A DNA stretch of 64,000 nt from Acidimicrobiia bacterium (GCA_947476745.1 CANJRG010000016.1:15457-79456); one strand, 5' to 3'; positions 9,541 to 19,862 are shown, counted from the stretch's first letter. The notes: generated by a model not told the origin, from the letters alone. Made by a program: numbers and translations.

Positions 9541-9648
9541 GACCAGGGCTGGTCCGACGCCCACGCGACCTCGTGCCGGGTTCCCGTGCGACCGGTAGCG
9601 TGCGCGCAGCCGCCCGGCTGCGGGGCGGAACAGACCGAGGAGCCCGCC

Positions 9649-10542
9649 ATGGCCGACTACGAGTGCATCGCCTACGAGGTGGCCGACGGCTACGCCATCG
9701 TCACCCTCAACCGGCCCGAGAAGCGCAACGCCCTGTCCCGGCCGCTGCTCGCCGAGCTCGAGACCGCACTGTGGGACGCCGACGAGGACAAGTCGGTGCA
9801 CTGCGTGGTGTTGAAGGGTGCCGGTCCGGACTTCTGTTCCGGATACGACCTGGCTGGGATGCAGGAGTTCTCCGGCCAGCCCGACCGCCCGCGGCGAAGC
9901 ACCAAGACCATCGACGACGACTCCTGGCACCTCGAGCGCGGCGCGCAACGGCTGCGGGTGTTCTGGGACATGCACAAGCCGACCATCGCCCAGGTGCAGG
10001 GCCGCTGTCTCGCCGGCGGCACCGACCTGGCGCTGTTCTGCGACCTGGTGATCGCGGCGGAGGATGCTCTCATCGGTTTCCCGCCGGCCCGGAACCTCGG
10101 CAGCCTGCCGAACTCGATGTGGCTCTACCACATCGGCCCGCAGTGGGCGAAGCGCCTCACCATGACCGGCGATCTGATCTCCGGGGCGGACGCCGCGTTG
10201 ATCGGGCTGGTGCTCAAGGCCGTGCCTGCCGAGCTGCTCGACGCCGAGGTCGCCAGCCTGGCCCGTCGCCTGTCGCTCATCGACGCCGACCTGCTGTCCT
10301 CCAACAAGCGGGTGATCAACATGGGGATGGAGCTGATGGGCGCCCGTACCCTGCAGCGCTACGCCGCGGAGACCGACGCCCGGGCCCATCGCGCCCCCGG
10401 TACCCAGGAATACTTCGATGCCGTGCGCAAGGGTGGGCTCAAGGGCGCCTTCGCGGACCGCGACCGCAAGTTCGGCGACCCCCGGGTTCGGGTGCGCGAA
10501 CCCGAGGTGCGCGACGACAACGGCCAGGTGATCACGCCCTGA
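9649..10542 (+). CDS. enoyl-CoA hydratase/isomerase (crotonase) family protein
   Basis: MADYECIAYEV...IVTLNRPEKRNAL...VLKGAGPDFCSGYDL...GGGTDLALFCDLVIA. ATG 9649 is preceded by GAGGAG. Confidence 0.85.
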   Translation: MADYECIAYEVADGYAIVTLNRPEKRNALSRPLLAELETALWDADEDKSVHCVVLKGAGPDFCSGYDLAGMQEFSGQPDRPRRSTKTIDDDSWHLERGAQRLRVFWDMHKPTIAQVQGRCLAGGTDLALFCDLVIAAEDALIGFPPARNLGSLPNSMWLYHIGPQWAKRLTMTGDLISGADAALIGLVLKAVPAELLDAEVASLARRLSLIDADLLSSNKRVINMGMELMGARTLQRYAAETDARAHRAPGTQEYFDAVRKGGLKGAFADRDRKFGDPRVRVREPEVRDDNGQVITP

Positions 10543-10574
10543 GCACCGGCTGAACCTCACCAGCTGAACGGCGA

Positions 10575-10594
10575 GGGCCGGGCCGGGCCGGGCC
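10575..10594. repeat. (GGGCC)x4 pentanucleotide repeat
   Basis: Read directly in the intergenic spacer upstream of ychF. It is followed by AGCCCGG, which can pair with a repeat unit. Confidence 0.8.
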
Positions 10595-10667
10595 AGCCCG
10601 GATCGCACCGAACCGGCACCCCGGTCGACGGTGCCAACCCCGGCGACGAGTAGCTTCAGCAACCGGT

Positions 10668-11756
10668 ATGGAACGCTTCGGCCTGGTCGGCCTTCCCAAC
10701 GCGGGCAAGAGCTCGCTGTACAACGCCCTGACGGGGGGCGGCGCTCTGGCCGCCCCCTACGCCTTCGCCACGAAGGACCCGAACGTGGGGGTGGCCAAGG
10801 TGCCCGACGAACGGCTCAACCAGCTCGCGGCGCTGTCCCGCAGCCGCAACGTGGTCAACGCCACCGTGCAGGTCGTCGACATCGGCGGCCTGGTGGAGGG
10901 TGCATCCAAGGGTGAGGGCCTCGGCAACAAGTTCCTGGCGAACATCCGCGAGGTCGACGCCATCGTGTTCGTGCTACGGGCCTTCAGCGACGACGACGTC
11001 CCCGGCGACGACGACCCGCTCGAACACCTCCGGGTCGTCGAGCTCGAGCTGGCCCTCGCCGACCTCGAGACCGTCGAGAAGCGCCTCAACCAGGCCCAGC
11101 GCCAGTCGAAGATGGACAAGTCCCTCGGCCCCGAGCTCGAGGCCCTACAGGCCGCCTACGCCAGCCTCTCAGAAGGCACGCCGCTGTACCGGGCCGGGCT
11201 CAAGGCCGAATGGCGCGAGCTGCTCGCCCCGCACTTCCTGCTCACCAACCGACCGGTGCTGGCGGTGGTCAACGTCGGCGAGGACGAACTCGACCGCATC
11301 CCTGAGGTGGAGGACCGGGTCCGGGCCGAGCTGAGCTCCGCCGGCGACAACGTCGAGGTCATCGGCATGTGCGTGCAGCTCGAGGCCGAGGCCGCCGCCA
11401 TCGAGGATCCGGCAGAGCGCGCCGAGATGTTGGAGGGGTTCGGGCTGGGCGAGGGCGCCCTGTTCCGCATGGTGCGCTCGTCGTACCACCTGCTCGGGCT
11501 GCGCACCTTCCTCACCACCGGCGACAAGGAGAGCCGGGCGTGGACCTTCCGGGTCGGCTCCAAGGCCCCCGAGTGCGCCGGGCGCATCCACAGCGACATC
11601 CAGCGCGGCTTCATCCGCGCCGAGGTGATCCAGTGGGACGAGCTGTTGGCGCTCGGGAGCTGGAACAAGGCCAAAGAGGCCGGCAAGCTCCGCATCGAGG
11701 GCAAGGACTACGAGTTCCACGACGGCGACGTCACCGAGTTCCGCTTCAACGTCTAG
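10668..11756 (+). CDS. ychF: redox-regulated ribosome-binding ATPase YchF
   Basis: GLVGLPNAGKSSLYNALT P-loop, an OBG-type G domain, and a C-terminal TGS-like EGKDYEFHDGDV. Confidence 0.92.
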   Translation: MERFGLVGLPNAGKSSLYNALTGGGALAAPYAFATKDPNVGVAKVPDERLNQLAALSRSRNVVNATVQVVDIGGLVEGASKGEGLGNKFLANIREVDAIVFVLRAFSDDDVPGDDDPLEHLRVVELELALADLETVEKRLNQAQRQSKMDKSLGPELEALQAAYASLSEGTPLYRAGLKAEWRELLAPHFLLTNRPVLAVVNVGEDELDRIPEVEDRVRAELSSAGDNVEVIGMCVQLEAEAAAIEDPAERAEMLEGFGLGEGALFRMVRSSYHLLGLRTFLTTGDKESRAWTFRVGSKAPECAGRIHSDIQRGFIRAEVIQWDELLALGSWNKAKEAGKLRIEGKDYEFHDGDVTEFRFNV

Positions 11757-11788
11757 CCGCCACGCCGCGGCGACGCCCGGGACGCCGC

Positions 11789-12976
11789 TCAGTAGGCGCC
11801 CTCGGCGCGCAGCCCGGCGATGTCCTCCCAGCTGAAGCCGGCCTCGAGCAGCACCTCCTCGGTGTGCTGTCCCAGCTCGGGCGCCACGACCCCGGCCACG
11901 GTGGGGGTGGCGCTGAGCTGCACCGGGTTGCCCACCACCGTGGTGCGGCCCCGTTGCGGATGGTCCACCTCGACCAGATAGCCGTTGAGGTAGGCGCCCG
12001 GGTCGGCGGCCACCTCGGCGTAGTCGCGTACCGGAGCGAAGCGCTGGCCGGCAGCGGCGAGCCGCTCGCACCATTCGGCAGTGGTCCGCGTCGGGAAGAT
12101 GCTGTCCACCAGCCGGCACAGTTCGGCCAGGTCGTCGGGGGCCGGCAGCAGCGCCTTGAACCGGGCGTCATCGGCGAGGTCGGGCCGGTCGATGGCCTCG
12201 GCAAAGGCGGGCCACAGGTGCTGTGGCACCCCGACCAGCTGGATCCAGCCGTCAGCGGTCGGCACCACTCGCAGTAGGCCCTTGATCAGCGGATGGCCAC
12301 GGTTGGAACGACCGGGAACCTGCCCGTGCAGCAGGTAGTGGGTCATCTCCGCGCACTGGGCCCATATCTGCCCGCCCAGCAGCGACACCTCCACCCGTTG
12401 CCCGACCCCGGTACGCTCCCGGTGGAACAACGACGCAAGTATTCCCGTCACCATGTTCTGGCAACCGATGTGATCCGCGATCACCGCGCCCACCGCGGTG
12501 GGGGGCTCGCCGTCGCTCCCGGTGGTGGACATCAGCCCCCCGGCCGCTTGGCCGAGGGTGTCGGCCCCCTCACGGGTGGCGTCGGGCCCCCGCGAGCCGA
12601 ACGTCGACCCACCGGCGTAGATCAGGCGGGGGTTTCGGGCGGCGAGCACCTCGTAGGAGAGCCCCCACTGCTCCATCGTGCCCGGCACGAAGTTGTGGAC
12701 GAGCACGTCCGCCTGCTCGACCAGCCGCATGAGGGCCCGCACCCCACCTGGCCGACGCAGGTCGAGGGTCACGGATCGCTTGCCCCGGTTGCAGCCCTCG
12801 AAGAAGCCGCTGGCGGCCTGGTCCGGTGAGGTGCGCAGATAGCGGCCGAGGTCGCCGACGCCGGGGAGTTCGACCTTGACCACCGAGGCCCCCAGGTCGT
12901 GCAGCATCGCCGCGGCCTGCGGTCCCTGCACCAGAATGGCCAGGTCGAGAACCCGGATCCCCGCGAGCGCCGTCAT
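11789..12976 (-). CDS. CaiB/BaiF family (class III) CoA-transferase
   Basis: GIRVLDLAILVQGPQAAAMLHDLGASVVKVELPG and an IADHIG Asp loop. Start at ATG 12976; the rest of ORF 11789..13924 is antisense to the next gene. Confidence 0.85.
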   Translation of the reverse strand: MTALAGIRVLDLAILVQGPQAAAMLHDLGASVVKVELPGVGDLGRYLRTSPDQAASGFFEGCNRGKRSVTLDLRRPGGVRALMRLVEQADVLVHNFVPGTMEQWGLSYEVLAARNPRLIYAGGSTFGSRGPDATREGADTLGQAAGGLMSTTGSDGEPPTAVGAVIADHIGCQNMVTGILASLFHRERTGVGQRVEVSLLGGQIWAQCAEMTHYLLHGQVPGRSNRGHPLIKGLLRVVPTADGWIQLVGVPQHLWPAFAEAIDRPDLADDARFKALLPAPDDLAELCRLVDSIFPTRTTAEWCERLAAAGQRFAPVRDYAEVAADPGAYLNGYLVEVDHPQRGRTTVVGNPVQLSATPTVAGVVAPELGQHTEEVLLEAGFSWEDIAGLRAEGAY

Positions 12977-13117
12977 GGCCGTCCCTTCCCCATCACATCC
13001 GGGTGGTCCCGTACCACCCGGTTCGGCGCAGAGCATGGCACGCGCCGGGGACACAGGGGCGATGGACCACGGGTATGCACGAACGGAGCCCGCCTGCACC
13101 GTAACCTTCCGACACCC

Positions 13118-14251
13118 ATGTCCCGCAACGACTCCTCCACCACGCTGGACCCCGTGGTGCCGAATCGGCGCCCCAGACCAGCCATGACGCGGCGACTGCG
13201 TCGCGCCGTGGAACTGTTGGTCTTCGCCCTGGTGGTGCACCTCTTCGTCGTGCCGCAGATCGCGGGGGCCCGCCATGCAGCGTCGCTGCTGGGCAGCATC
13301 AACCCGTTCCTGGTGGTCCTGGCGCTGCTGCTCGAGGCGGCTGCCCTGGTGGCCTACGGTCGGCTCACCCAGGTGCTGCTGCCCGAGGCGCACCGACCCC
13401 GTCTGGCCGTGTGCACCGCGGTGGTGCTCGCCTCGACCGGGGTCAACCATGTACTGCCCGGGGGCGCGGCCACCACCGCAGCGGTGAACGCCCGCCTGCT
13501 CGATCGGATGGCGGTGCCGGTGGCAGACATCGCCTTCGTGTTGACCACCCAGGGGCTCGGCTCGGCCGTCGTGCTCAACGTCCTGCTGTGGTTCTCGCTG
13601 GTCATCTCGATCCCCACCACCGGGTTCGCCCCGCTGTACGCCACCGCGGCGGCCTTCGGTGCGGTCCTGCTGGCGCTGGTGGCCTCGCTGGTGGTGGGCT
13701 TGCTCCACGGCAAGCACCGGCTGGAGCGGATCGTGTTGCGCGTGGTCGACTCCCTGCCGCGCGTGCACCCCGACCGAGCGGTGCAGGCGCTGCACCATTT
13801 CGCCGATCAGCTGACCGTGCTCGCCGCGGATCGCAAGCGGCTCCGTAACGCGCTGGTGTGGGCCACCGCCAACTGGCTGCTCGATGCCACCGTGCTGTGG
13901 CTGATGCTCGCCGCCTTCGGCCACCGGGCCGGGGTGGTGGGGCTGATGGTGGCCTACTGCCTGGCCAACGTGCTGGCCGCCTTACCGATCACGCCGGGTG
14001 GGCTGGGCATCGTCGAAGCGGTCCTCATCCCCACCCTCGTCGGGTTCGGCACCCCGGCCGGTGTGGCCGCCGTCGGGGTCATCGGGTATCGGCTCATCAA
14101 CTTCTGGCTGCCCATCCCAGTCGGTGCGGCCGCCTACGCCGGGGTGAAACGTCACGCCCGCCTCGAGGGGTACGTCGGAAGCTTCCGGGACGATCTCAAC
14201 GAGCTCTCCCCCGACAATCCGAAGCCCGCCGAGGCCGATCCAACGCCCTGA
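13118..14251 (+). CDS. UPF0104 / lysylphosphatidylglycerol-synthase-TM-region (flippase-like) membrane protein
   Basis: Polytopic membrane profile with the family motif LPITPGGLGIVEAVL. The start (ATG 13118) is uncertain. Confidence 0.65.
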   Translation: MSRNDSSTTLDPVVPNRRPRPAMTRRLRRAVELLVFALVVHLFVVPQIAGARHAASLLGSINPFLVVLALLLEAAALVAYGRLTQVLLPEAHRPRLAVCTAVVLASTGVNHVLPGGAATTAAVNARLLDRMAVPVADIAFVLTTQGLGSAVVLNVLLWFSLVISIPTTGFAPLYATAAAFGAVLLALVASLVVGLLHGKHRLERIVLRVVDSLPRVHPDRAVQALHHFADQLTVLAADRKRLRNALVWATANWLLDATVLWLMLAAFGHRAGVVGLMVAYCLANVLAALPITPGGLGIVEAVLIPTLVGFGTPAGVAAVGVIGYRLINFWLPIPVGAAAYAGVKRHARLEGYVGSFRDDLNELSPDNPKPAEADPTP

Positions 14252-14270
14252 GCCCGGGTGGGTCCCGGGC
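14252..14270. terminator. GC hairpin after the flippase-like gene
   Basis: GCCCGGG-TGGGT-CCCGGGC, a 7-bp stem, immediately after stop 14251 and between convergent genes. Confidence 0.4.
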
Positions 14271-14333
14271 GCTGGGCGACGGCGGCCGCCCCGGCGGCTT
14301 GCCACCGCAGCGGGGCGCGTGGAGGGACCCCCT

Positions 14334-15050
14334 CTAGGGCCGCCGGGCGGCGACCACCGAGGCCACCTCGGCGTGTACCGCAGCGGGGTCGAGCAGCAGG
14401 CCATCGGCATCGCTGCAAGCGATCACCTCGATGCCGGCGAGGAACTGCGGTGCCGCCAGATACCGAGCCCGAGCCCGGGCCAGCAACCCGGCCGACCGTT
14501 CGTAGACGTCGGGCGCCTCGTCACGACCATCGGCGCCGCCGACCCGATGCGAACGGGCCTGGGACACCTCCGCTGCGACGTCGAGGATCACCGTCAGGTC
14601 CGGTTGCGGGAGCCCCAGCTCGCCGAACTCGAGCTCGAGGACCCAGCGGAACAACTCGTCGGCCTCGGCGTCGGGCACCCGGGCGGACTGGTAGACGGCG
14701 TTGGACAGCGTGTAGCGGTTCAGCAACACCACCGTGGCCGCCGGGTCGAGTCGGCCCATGGCCTGCCAACGGTCCAGGGCGTACCACAGCGACATCGAAC
14801 GCGCATCCAGGGTGGCTGCGGAGGTGCTGCCGTTGCCGTCGAGCAGCGCCCGGATGGTCCGACCGAAGAAGGACTCGTAGCGGGGGAAGGACACCACCGC
14901 CACCCGCTCGCCCGAGGCTTCCAAGGAGGCCCGTAACCGCTCGGTCTGGGTGGTCTTGCCGGCACGGTCAATGCCCTCGATCGCCACGATTAGACCTGGC
15001 CCGGTCCGCTCCCACCGCTGCTCGGCCACCGCTGCACGCCTCTCGTCCAC
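14334..15050 (-). CDS. tmk: dTMP (thymidylate) kinase
   Basis: IVAIEGIDRAGKTTQ P-loop, an LDRW region and a lid region. GTG 15050 was chosen as the closest start upstream of the P-loop. Confidence 0.85.
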   Translation of the reverse strand: MDERRAAVAEQRWERTGPGLIVAIEGIDRAGKTTQTERLRASLEASGERVAVVSFPRYESFFGRTIRALLDGNGSTSAATLDARSMSLWYALDRWQAMGRLDPAATVVLLNRYTLSNAVYQSARVPDAEADELFRWVLELEFGELGLPQPDLTVILDVAAEVSQARSHRVGGADGRDEAPDVYERSAGLLARARARYLAAPQFLAGIEVIACSDADGLLLDPAAVHAEVASVVAARRP

Positions 15051-15296
15051 GGTGGAAGTTAGCGGCCAGTGGTGGCCCGATCGGGGATGGCGCAACGCCG
15101 TGGCAGCCCGCCGTACCGGTAGATTGCGGCCCGGCTGATACCCACCGCGGCCGACCCGGTCCCGTGCACCCACGTTCGAACCCAGGCGCCCTTCCACCGT
15201 GACTCCAACCAAGACCCCATACGTGATTCCTCCGTCAAGCAGCCAAGCCACCAGCCCCGGTCACCGGCGGGCCGGGTTCCGCTGCTCGGTGCCCTG

Positions 15297-16022
15297 GTGA
15301 GCGACACCACCGTGTCGGCACCGTCGGCATCGCGGCTCACCGCCCGGCCGTTCATCCTGTCGCTGCTCGTCGCGGTCACCGTTGACGCGCTGTTGCGGGC
15401 CCGCATCCTCTTCGGTGGCCATGGTCGACCGGACACCGCCCACGTCACCCTGAGGGTCATCTTCGCCGGTGCCGATGTCGGCTACGTCGTGGTCACCGTC
15501 CTGTTCGGGCTGTCCCTGGCTGCGGTCGTGCCCGACCTCCTCGCCAACCGCCTCCCCCGGCGCAGTCTGCAGCGCCTGCTCGGTGGGTTGGCCACCGCCA
15601 CGCTGCTGGTCGACCTGTTGGCGGTGAACGTGTCGATCTACCGCCGGAACCTGGCGTCCTACGAGCTGCTGGCGGAGTCGCTGGCGCTCTATATCGGGAC
15701 CAACCTGATCTTCGTGTTCTGGTACTGGCATTTCGACCACCCGTTGCGTGACGGCGTGCGGCGTCCCGATCAGACCGTCGACCTCGACCAGGGCATCCGT
15801 TTCCCCGAGGAGGAGGTCGGCGGCTCGGAGCAGCGACGGGAGTGGCTGCCGGGGATGGCCGACTACGCCTATTTCACGTTGCTGTCGAGCAACTGCTTCG
15901 GGCCTCCCGAGGGCCATGTCCTGGTGGGCCGACGCATCAAGGTGCTGCAGATCGTGCACACCGTGTTCATGATCTTCATCTTCATCATCATCGTGGCCCG
16001 AGCCATCAACACCCTGTCCTGA
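15297..16022 (+). CDS. DUF1345-like integral membrane protein
   Basis: About 6 TM segments. The C-terminal pattern FPEEE...PGMADYAYFTLLSS...VLQIVHTVFMIFIFIIIVARAIN resembles DUF1345. GTG start. Confidence 0.5.
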   Translation: MSDTTVSAPSASRLTARPFILSLLVAVTVDALLRARILFGGHGRPDTAHVTLRVIFAGADVGYVVVTVLFGLSLAAVVPDLLANRLPRRSLQRLLGGLATATLLVDLLAVNVSIYRRNLASYELLAESLALYIGTNLIFVFWYWHFDHPLRDGVRRPDQTVDLDQGIRFPEEEVGGSEQRREWLPGMADYAYFTLLSSNCFGPPEGHVLVGRRIKVLQIVHTVFMIFIFIIIVARAINTLS

Positions 16023-16083
16023 GCGGACACCGGTGCGTGATCGCGGCTCCGACACCGCCGGGCTGCGGCGGTAGGGTGCGCCC

Positions 16084-16527
16084 ATGCAACTCGAAGGTGA
16101 CTACGAAGCAACCCCCACCAAATGGGTGCGCGACCAGATCGAGGCCTACGAGGCTTCCGGCGGCAAGGAAGCGGCGACGCTGCGTGACACGGGGATCCCG
16201 ATCATCGTGATCACCACCCGGGGCAACAAGTCCGGCAAGCTCCGCAAGACCGCCCTGATGCGGGTGGAGCACAACGGCGAGTACGCCCTGATCGGTTCAC
16301 TCGGCGGCGCGCCGAAGAACCCGGTGTGGGTCTACAACCTCGAGGCCGACCTCACCGCCTGCGCCGTACAGGACGGGCCCGAACCGTTCCTGGTGTCAGT
16401 CCGCAAGGTGGACGGCGCCGAACGGGCCGAGTGGTGGGAACGGGCCGTGCAGGTGTTCCCCAACTACGCCGACTACCAGGCCAAGACCGAACGGGTCATC
16501 CCGGTCTACATCGCCAGCCAGCGCTGA
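16084..16527 (+). CDS. deazaflavin (F420H2)-dependent nitroreductase family protein (DDN-like)
   Basis: IIVITTRGNKSGKLRKTALM...GGAPKNPVWVYNL...ERAEWWERAV, typical of the actinobacterial DDN/PNPOx split-barrel family. Confidence 0.85.
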   Translation: MQLEGDYEATPTKWVRDQIEAYEASGGKEAATLRDTGIPIIVITTRGNKSGKLRKTALMRVEHNGEYALIGSLGGAPKNPVWVYNLEADLTACAVQDGPEPFLVSVRKVDGAERAEWWERAVQVFPNYADYQAKTERVIPVYIASQR

Positions 16528-16540
16528 CCGCAGGCGCGCC

Positions 16541-16570
16541 TCACGGCCGGCCCTTGCGGGCCGGCCGTGA
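16541..16570. terminator. bidirectional intrinsic-terminator-like hairpin
   Basis: Perfect 13-bp stem TCACGGCCGGCCC/GGGCCGGCCGTGA with loop TTGC, between convergent genes. Confidence 0.7.
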
Positions 16571-16579
16571 CGCGTCCGG

Positions 16580-16876
16580 TCAGATCTCCGGGCGCGGCTC
16601 GAGGTAGCTGAACGTGACCCGGTCGGACAGGTAGGGGGTCAGGAACTCGGCGCTGCCGCTCTCGCGCCGCCACTGCAGGTACCGACGGTGATGGTCCTTG
16701 GTCGGCCAGCGCTCCACCAGCACCACCAGGCCCGGCCGGTCCACGTCGACGTAGGTGTCGAGCACCTCGCATCCCTCGAAGGCCCGGGTATCGGCCAACG
16801 CGACGTGCAGCGCCTGGAGGAACTCCTCGAGCTGCTCAGGATGGGCCGGAAAGTTGGCGATGACGGAAACGGTCAT
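16580..16876 (-). CDS. antibiotic-biosynthesis-monooxygenase (ABM) domain protein
   Basis: 98 aa. Ferredoxin-like ABM pattern (VIANFPAHPEQ...VVLVERWPTKDHHRRY). Confidence 0.7.
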   Translation of the reverse strand: MTVSVIANFPAHPEQLEEFLQALHVALADTRAFEGCEVLDTYVDVDRPGLVVLVERWPTKDHHRRYLQWRRESGSAEFLTPYLSDRVTFSYLEPRPEI

Positions 16877-16927
16877 GGGATACCTCTGCGAATGTCGGGA
16901 CGGGGGCGAACGTGACGGGCCGGACGG

Positions 16928-18007
16928 TCAGTCGCACACCAGGGTGTACACGTCGCGGCCGCCATCGGGCAGCGGCCGGGCCAGCCAGGTGACGCCACCG
17001 TCGACGGTGACCCACACGTCGCCGCGGCGGGTGGCGCACCACACCTGGTCCGTATCGGTCGGGCTCGGTGCCACCTGCATCATGGTCGACACCGGTTCGT
17101 CGCCGAGCCCGTCGTAGCGACGCCAGGTCTCACCGAGGTCCTCGCTGCGATACAGCGTGCCCTTGGCCCCCAGCGACTCGTCGGACAGCGTGGCGTAGAG
17201 CACCTTCGGGTCGTGCGCGGAAACCCGCAGGTCGCGGCAGTAGCTGAGCGGCGAGAAGCGACCCACCTCGAGGTCACGCCAGGTGAGGCCGCCATCATCG
17301 CTCCGAAACACGCCCATGCGCAGCCCGATGAACGACGCTCCGGGGGCCGCGGCGCTCTGCACCACCTTGTGGATGTCGAGCATGCCCTCGGCGTCGGTGT
17401 CGCTGAAGAGGCGGCTGCGATAGCGCTCCTCGCCGGCGAGCGCCTCGAGCCCGTCGGTGGCGTCGGCCCAGGTGGTGCCCCCGTCACGGCTGTGCATCAT
17501 CCCGCCCACCTCGACGCCGGCCCACAGACAGCGCGCATCGCCGGGCGCGACGGAGAAGGAGATCAGCCGGGTCGGGAAGCCCATGTCGAGCCGCGGCCGG
17601 ATGGCGGCAGACTCGAGCAGCTCCCACTGCGTCCCCCCGGCTCGGCCGCGGTAGACCGCGGCCGGCGCAGTCCCTACGTAGAGCACCGAGGGATCGCTCG
17701 GGTCGAACACCATCGTCCAGACCTGCCGGTACGGTCCGGGCAGCTCGACCGCGGACCAGCTGTCGCCGCCGTCCTCGGAACGGAACGGACCCTGGTCCAG
17801 TCCGGCCCAGACCACCGACGCATCGGTCGGATCGATGGCCACCGCCCGCACCTGGGAGTCGTCCGGCAGCCCCGCGGTCAGGCGCTCCCACTCGGTGGCC
17901 CCGGCGGCGAGACGGAACAGGCCGCCCCGGTGCTCCGACGGGGCGTCGAGCGCGAAGCGCGAGGCACCCGCAAAGGCCCGACCCGGTCGATTGGCTCCTG
18001 CACCCAC
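16928..18007 (-). CDS. BNR/Asp-box repeat beta-propeller protein (Ycf48/sialidase-like)
   Basis: Five SxDxGxTW Asp-boxes (SEDGGDSWS, SRDGGTTWA, SDDGGLTWR, SEDLGETWR, TVDGGVTWL). GTG 18007 is preceded by AAAGGGGA. No obvious signal peptide. Confidence 0.7.
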   Translation of the reverse strand: MGAGANRPGRAFAGASRFALDAPSEHRGGLFRLAAGATEWERLTAGLPDDSQVRAVAIDPTDASVVWAGLDQGPFRSEDGGDSWSAVELPGPYRQVWTMVFDPSDPSVLYVGTAPAAVYRGRAGGTQWELLESAAIRPRLDMGFPTRLISFSVAPGDARCLWAGVEVGGMMHSRDGGTTWADATDGLEALAGEERYRSRLFSDTDAEGMLDIHKVVQSAAAPGASFIGLRMGVFRSDDGGLTWRDLEVGRFSPLSYCRDLRVSAHDPKVLYATLSDESLGAKGTLYRSEDLGETWRRYDGLGDEPVSTMMQVAPSPTDTDQVWCATRRGDVWVTVDGGVTWLARPLPDGGRDVYTLVCD

Positions 18008-18152
18008 GTTGTTCCCCTTTGACGAGCCGACGCCCGCGGAGCCTAACCGCACGATCGCGTTCGCGGTTCGCCGGGTCGCCGGGCCAGAGCGCCGGGGGTA
18101 CCCGGGTCGACATCGGCACCCCGGCTCGGCGGGCACCACCTAGGCTCGGTCC

Positions 18153-19862
18153 ATGATCGACCTGCGGATCGACGGGGGCACCCTCTACGACGGCACCGGT
18201 GCGCCCGGCCGCATCGCCTCGGTGGGGATCGACGCCGGCCGGGTGGTGGCCGTCGGCGACGTCGACGACACGGCCCGTCGCACCATCGATGCCACCGGGC
18301 TCGCCGTTGCGCCCGGTTTCGTGGACATCCACACCCACTATGACGCGCAAGTCTTCTGGGACCCCGCCCTGACCCCGTCGTGTTTCCACGGGATCACCAC
18401 CGTGTTCGCCGGGAACTGCGGCTTCACGCTGGCCCCGTGGTCGGAGGAACACGGCGACTACCTCCTGCGCCTGCTGGCGAGGGTGGAAGGCATCCCGGTC
18501 GCCACCCTGCAGCAGGGCGTTCCCTGGGGCAGCTGGCACCGTACCGGCGAGTACCTCGACGCCGTGGATCAGCGCAGCGCCCTCAACATCGGCTTCCTGG
18601 TCGGGCACTCCGCGCTGCGGCGGGCCGTGCTCGGTACCGAGGCCGCCGCCCGTGCGGCCACCCCGTCGGAGATCGCCCGCATGCAGGCCCTACTCGCCGA
18701 AGGGCTCGAGGCCGGCGGCATGGGCCTGTCGAGCTCCGGGGCGCCCACCCACAACGACGACACCGGCCTGCCCGTCCCCTCCCGGGCGGCTACCGCCGAG
18801 GAGTTCCTGGCCCTGTGCCGGATCGTGGGCGAGCACCCGGGCACAACGCTGGAGATGGTTCCGGGACAGGGCGCCTTCGACGACAACATCGCACTGCTCG
18901 CCGCCATGTCAGCGGCGGCACAGCGTCCACTCAACTGGAACGTGCTGCAGGTCAACACCGAGGACGCCGACCTGGTGGAGCACCGCCTCGCCGCCAGCGC
19001 CGCGGCAGCCGCGAAAGCCGGCGGTCGCCTGGTTCCGCTCACCCTGCCCGATGCCCTGCGCACCCGGCTCAGCTTCGCCAGCGGTTTCCTCCTCGACACC
19101 CTGCCCGGCTGGCGGGAAGCCATGGCATTGCCGCACGCAGCCAAGCTGGCGCTGCTCGCCGACCCGGTCGCCCGCCGGGCACTGGCCGACCAGGCGGCCA
19201 CCGCCCCGCGCACCTTCGTGCTGCGCGGCATCAACAACTGGGCGGGGATGCGCGTCGGCGAGACCGGCCAGGAGCGCTACCGCGACCGGGTCGTCGGTGA
19301 GATCGCGGCGACCGAAGGACGCGACCACTTCGACGTGCTGTGCGACATCGTCGTCGCCGACAGCCTGCAGACCGGCCTGTACCCGCCCGACCGGGGCGAC
19401 GACGACGGCAGCTGGGCCCTGCGGGCCGACGTCTGGCGCCGCGGCGACGTGGTGGTGGGGGCGTCCGACGCCGGGGCCCATCTCGACATGATCTCCACCT
19501 GGAGCTACCCGACCACGCTGCTGGCCCAGGCGGTACGACGTCGGGGTCTGCTCGACTGGCCGGAGGCCATCCGCCTGCTGACCGATCGGCCCGCCCGACT
19601 GTACGGCTTGCGTGACCGCGGCCGCCTCGCCGCCGGCTGGAGGGCCGACGTGGTGCTGTTCGACCCGGAACGCATCGGGCCCCGACCGACGTCGTGGCGT
19701 GACGACCTGCCCGCGGGGGCCGGGAGGCTGTACGCCGAGGCCGACGGCATCGAGGCGGTCCTGGTCAACGGCACGGCCGTGGTGGAGGGCGGGACGTTGA
19801 CCGGACGACGTCCCGGCGGGGTGATTCGATCCGGACGCGACACCGACACGGTCACCGTCTGA
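18153..19862 (+). CDS. N-acyl-D-amino-acid deacylase (D-aminoacylase)-family amidohydrolase
   Basis: PGFVDIHTHYDAQVFWDP...GITTVFAGNCGFTLAP metal-binding N-terminus and a C-terminal DVVLFDP motif. Confidence 0.85.
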   Translation: MIDLRIDGGTLYDGTGAPGRIASVGIDAGRVVAVGDVDDTARRTIDATGLAVAPGFVDIHTHYDAQVFWDPALTPSCFHGITTVFAGNCGFTLAPWSEEHGDYLLRLLARVEGIPVATLQQGVPWGSWHRTGEYLDAVDQRSALNIGFLVGHSALRRAVLGTEAAARAATPSEIARMQALLAEGLEAGGMGLSSSGAPTHNDDTGLPVPSRAATAEEFLALCRIVGEHPGTTLEMVPGQGAFDDNIALLAAMSAAAQRPLNWNVLQVNTEDADLVEHRLAASAAAAAKAGGRLVPLTLPDALRTRLSFASGFLLDTLPGWREAMALPHAAKLALLADPVARRALADQAATAPRTFVLRGINNWAGMRVGETGQERYRDRVVGEIAATEGRDHFDVLCDIVVADSLQTGLYPPDRGDDDGSWALRADVWRRGDVVVGASDAGAHLDMISTWSYPTTLLAQAVRRRGLLDWPEAIRLLTDRPARLYGLRDRGRLAAGWRADVVLFDPERIGPRPTSWRDDLPAGAGRLYAEADGIEAVLVNGTAVVEGGTLTGRRPGGVIRSGRDTDTVTV

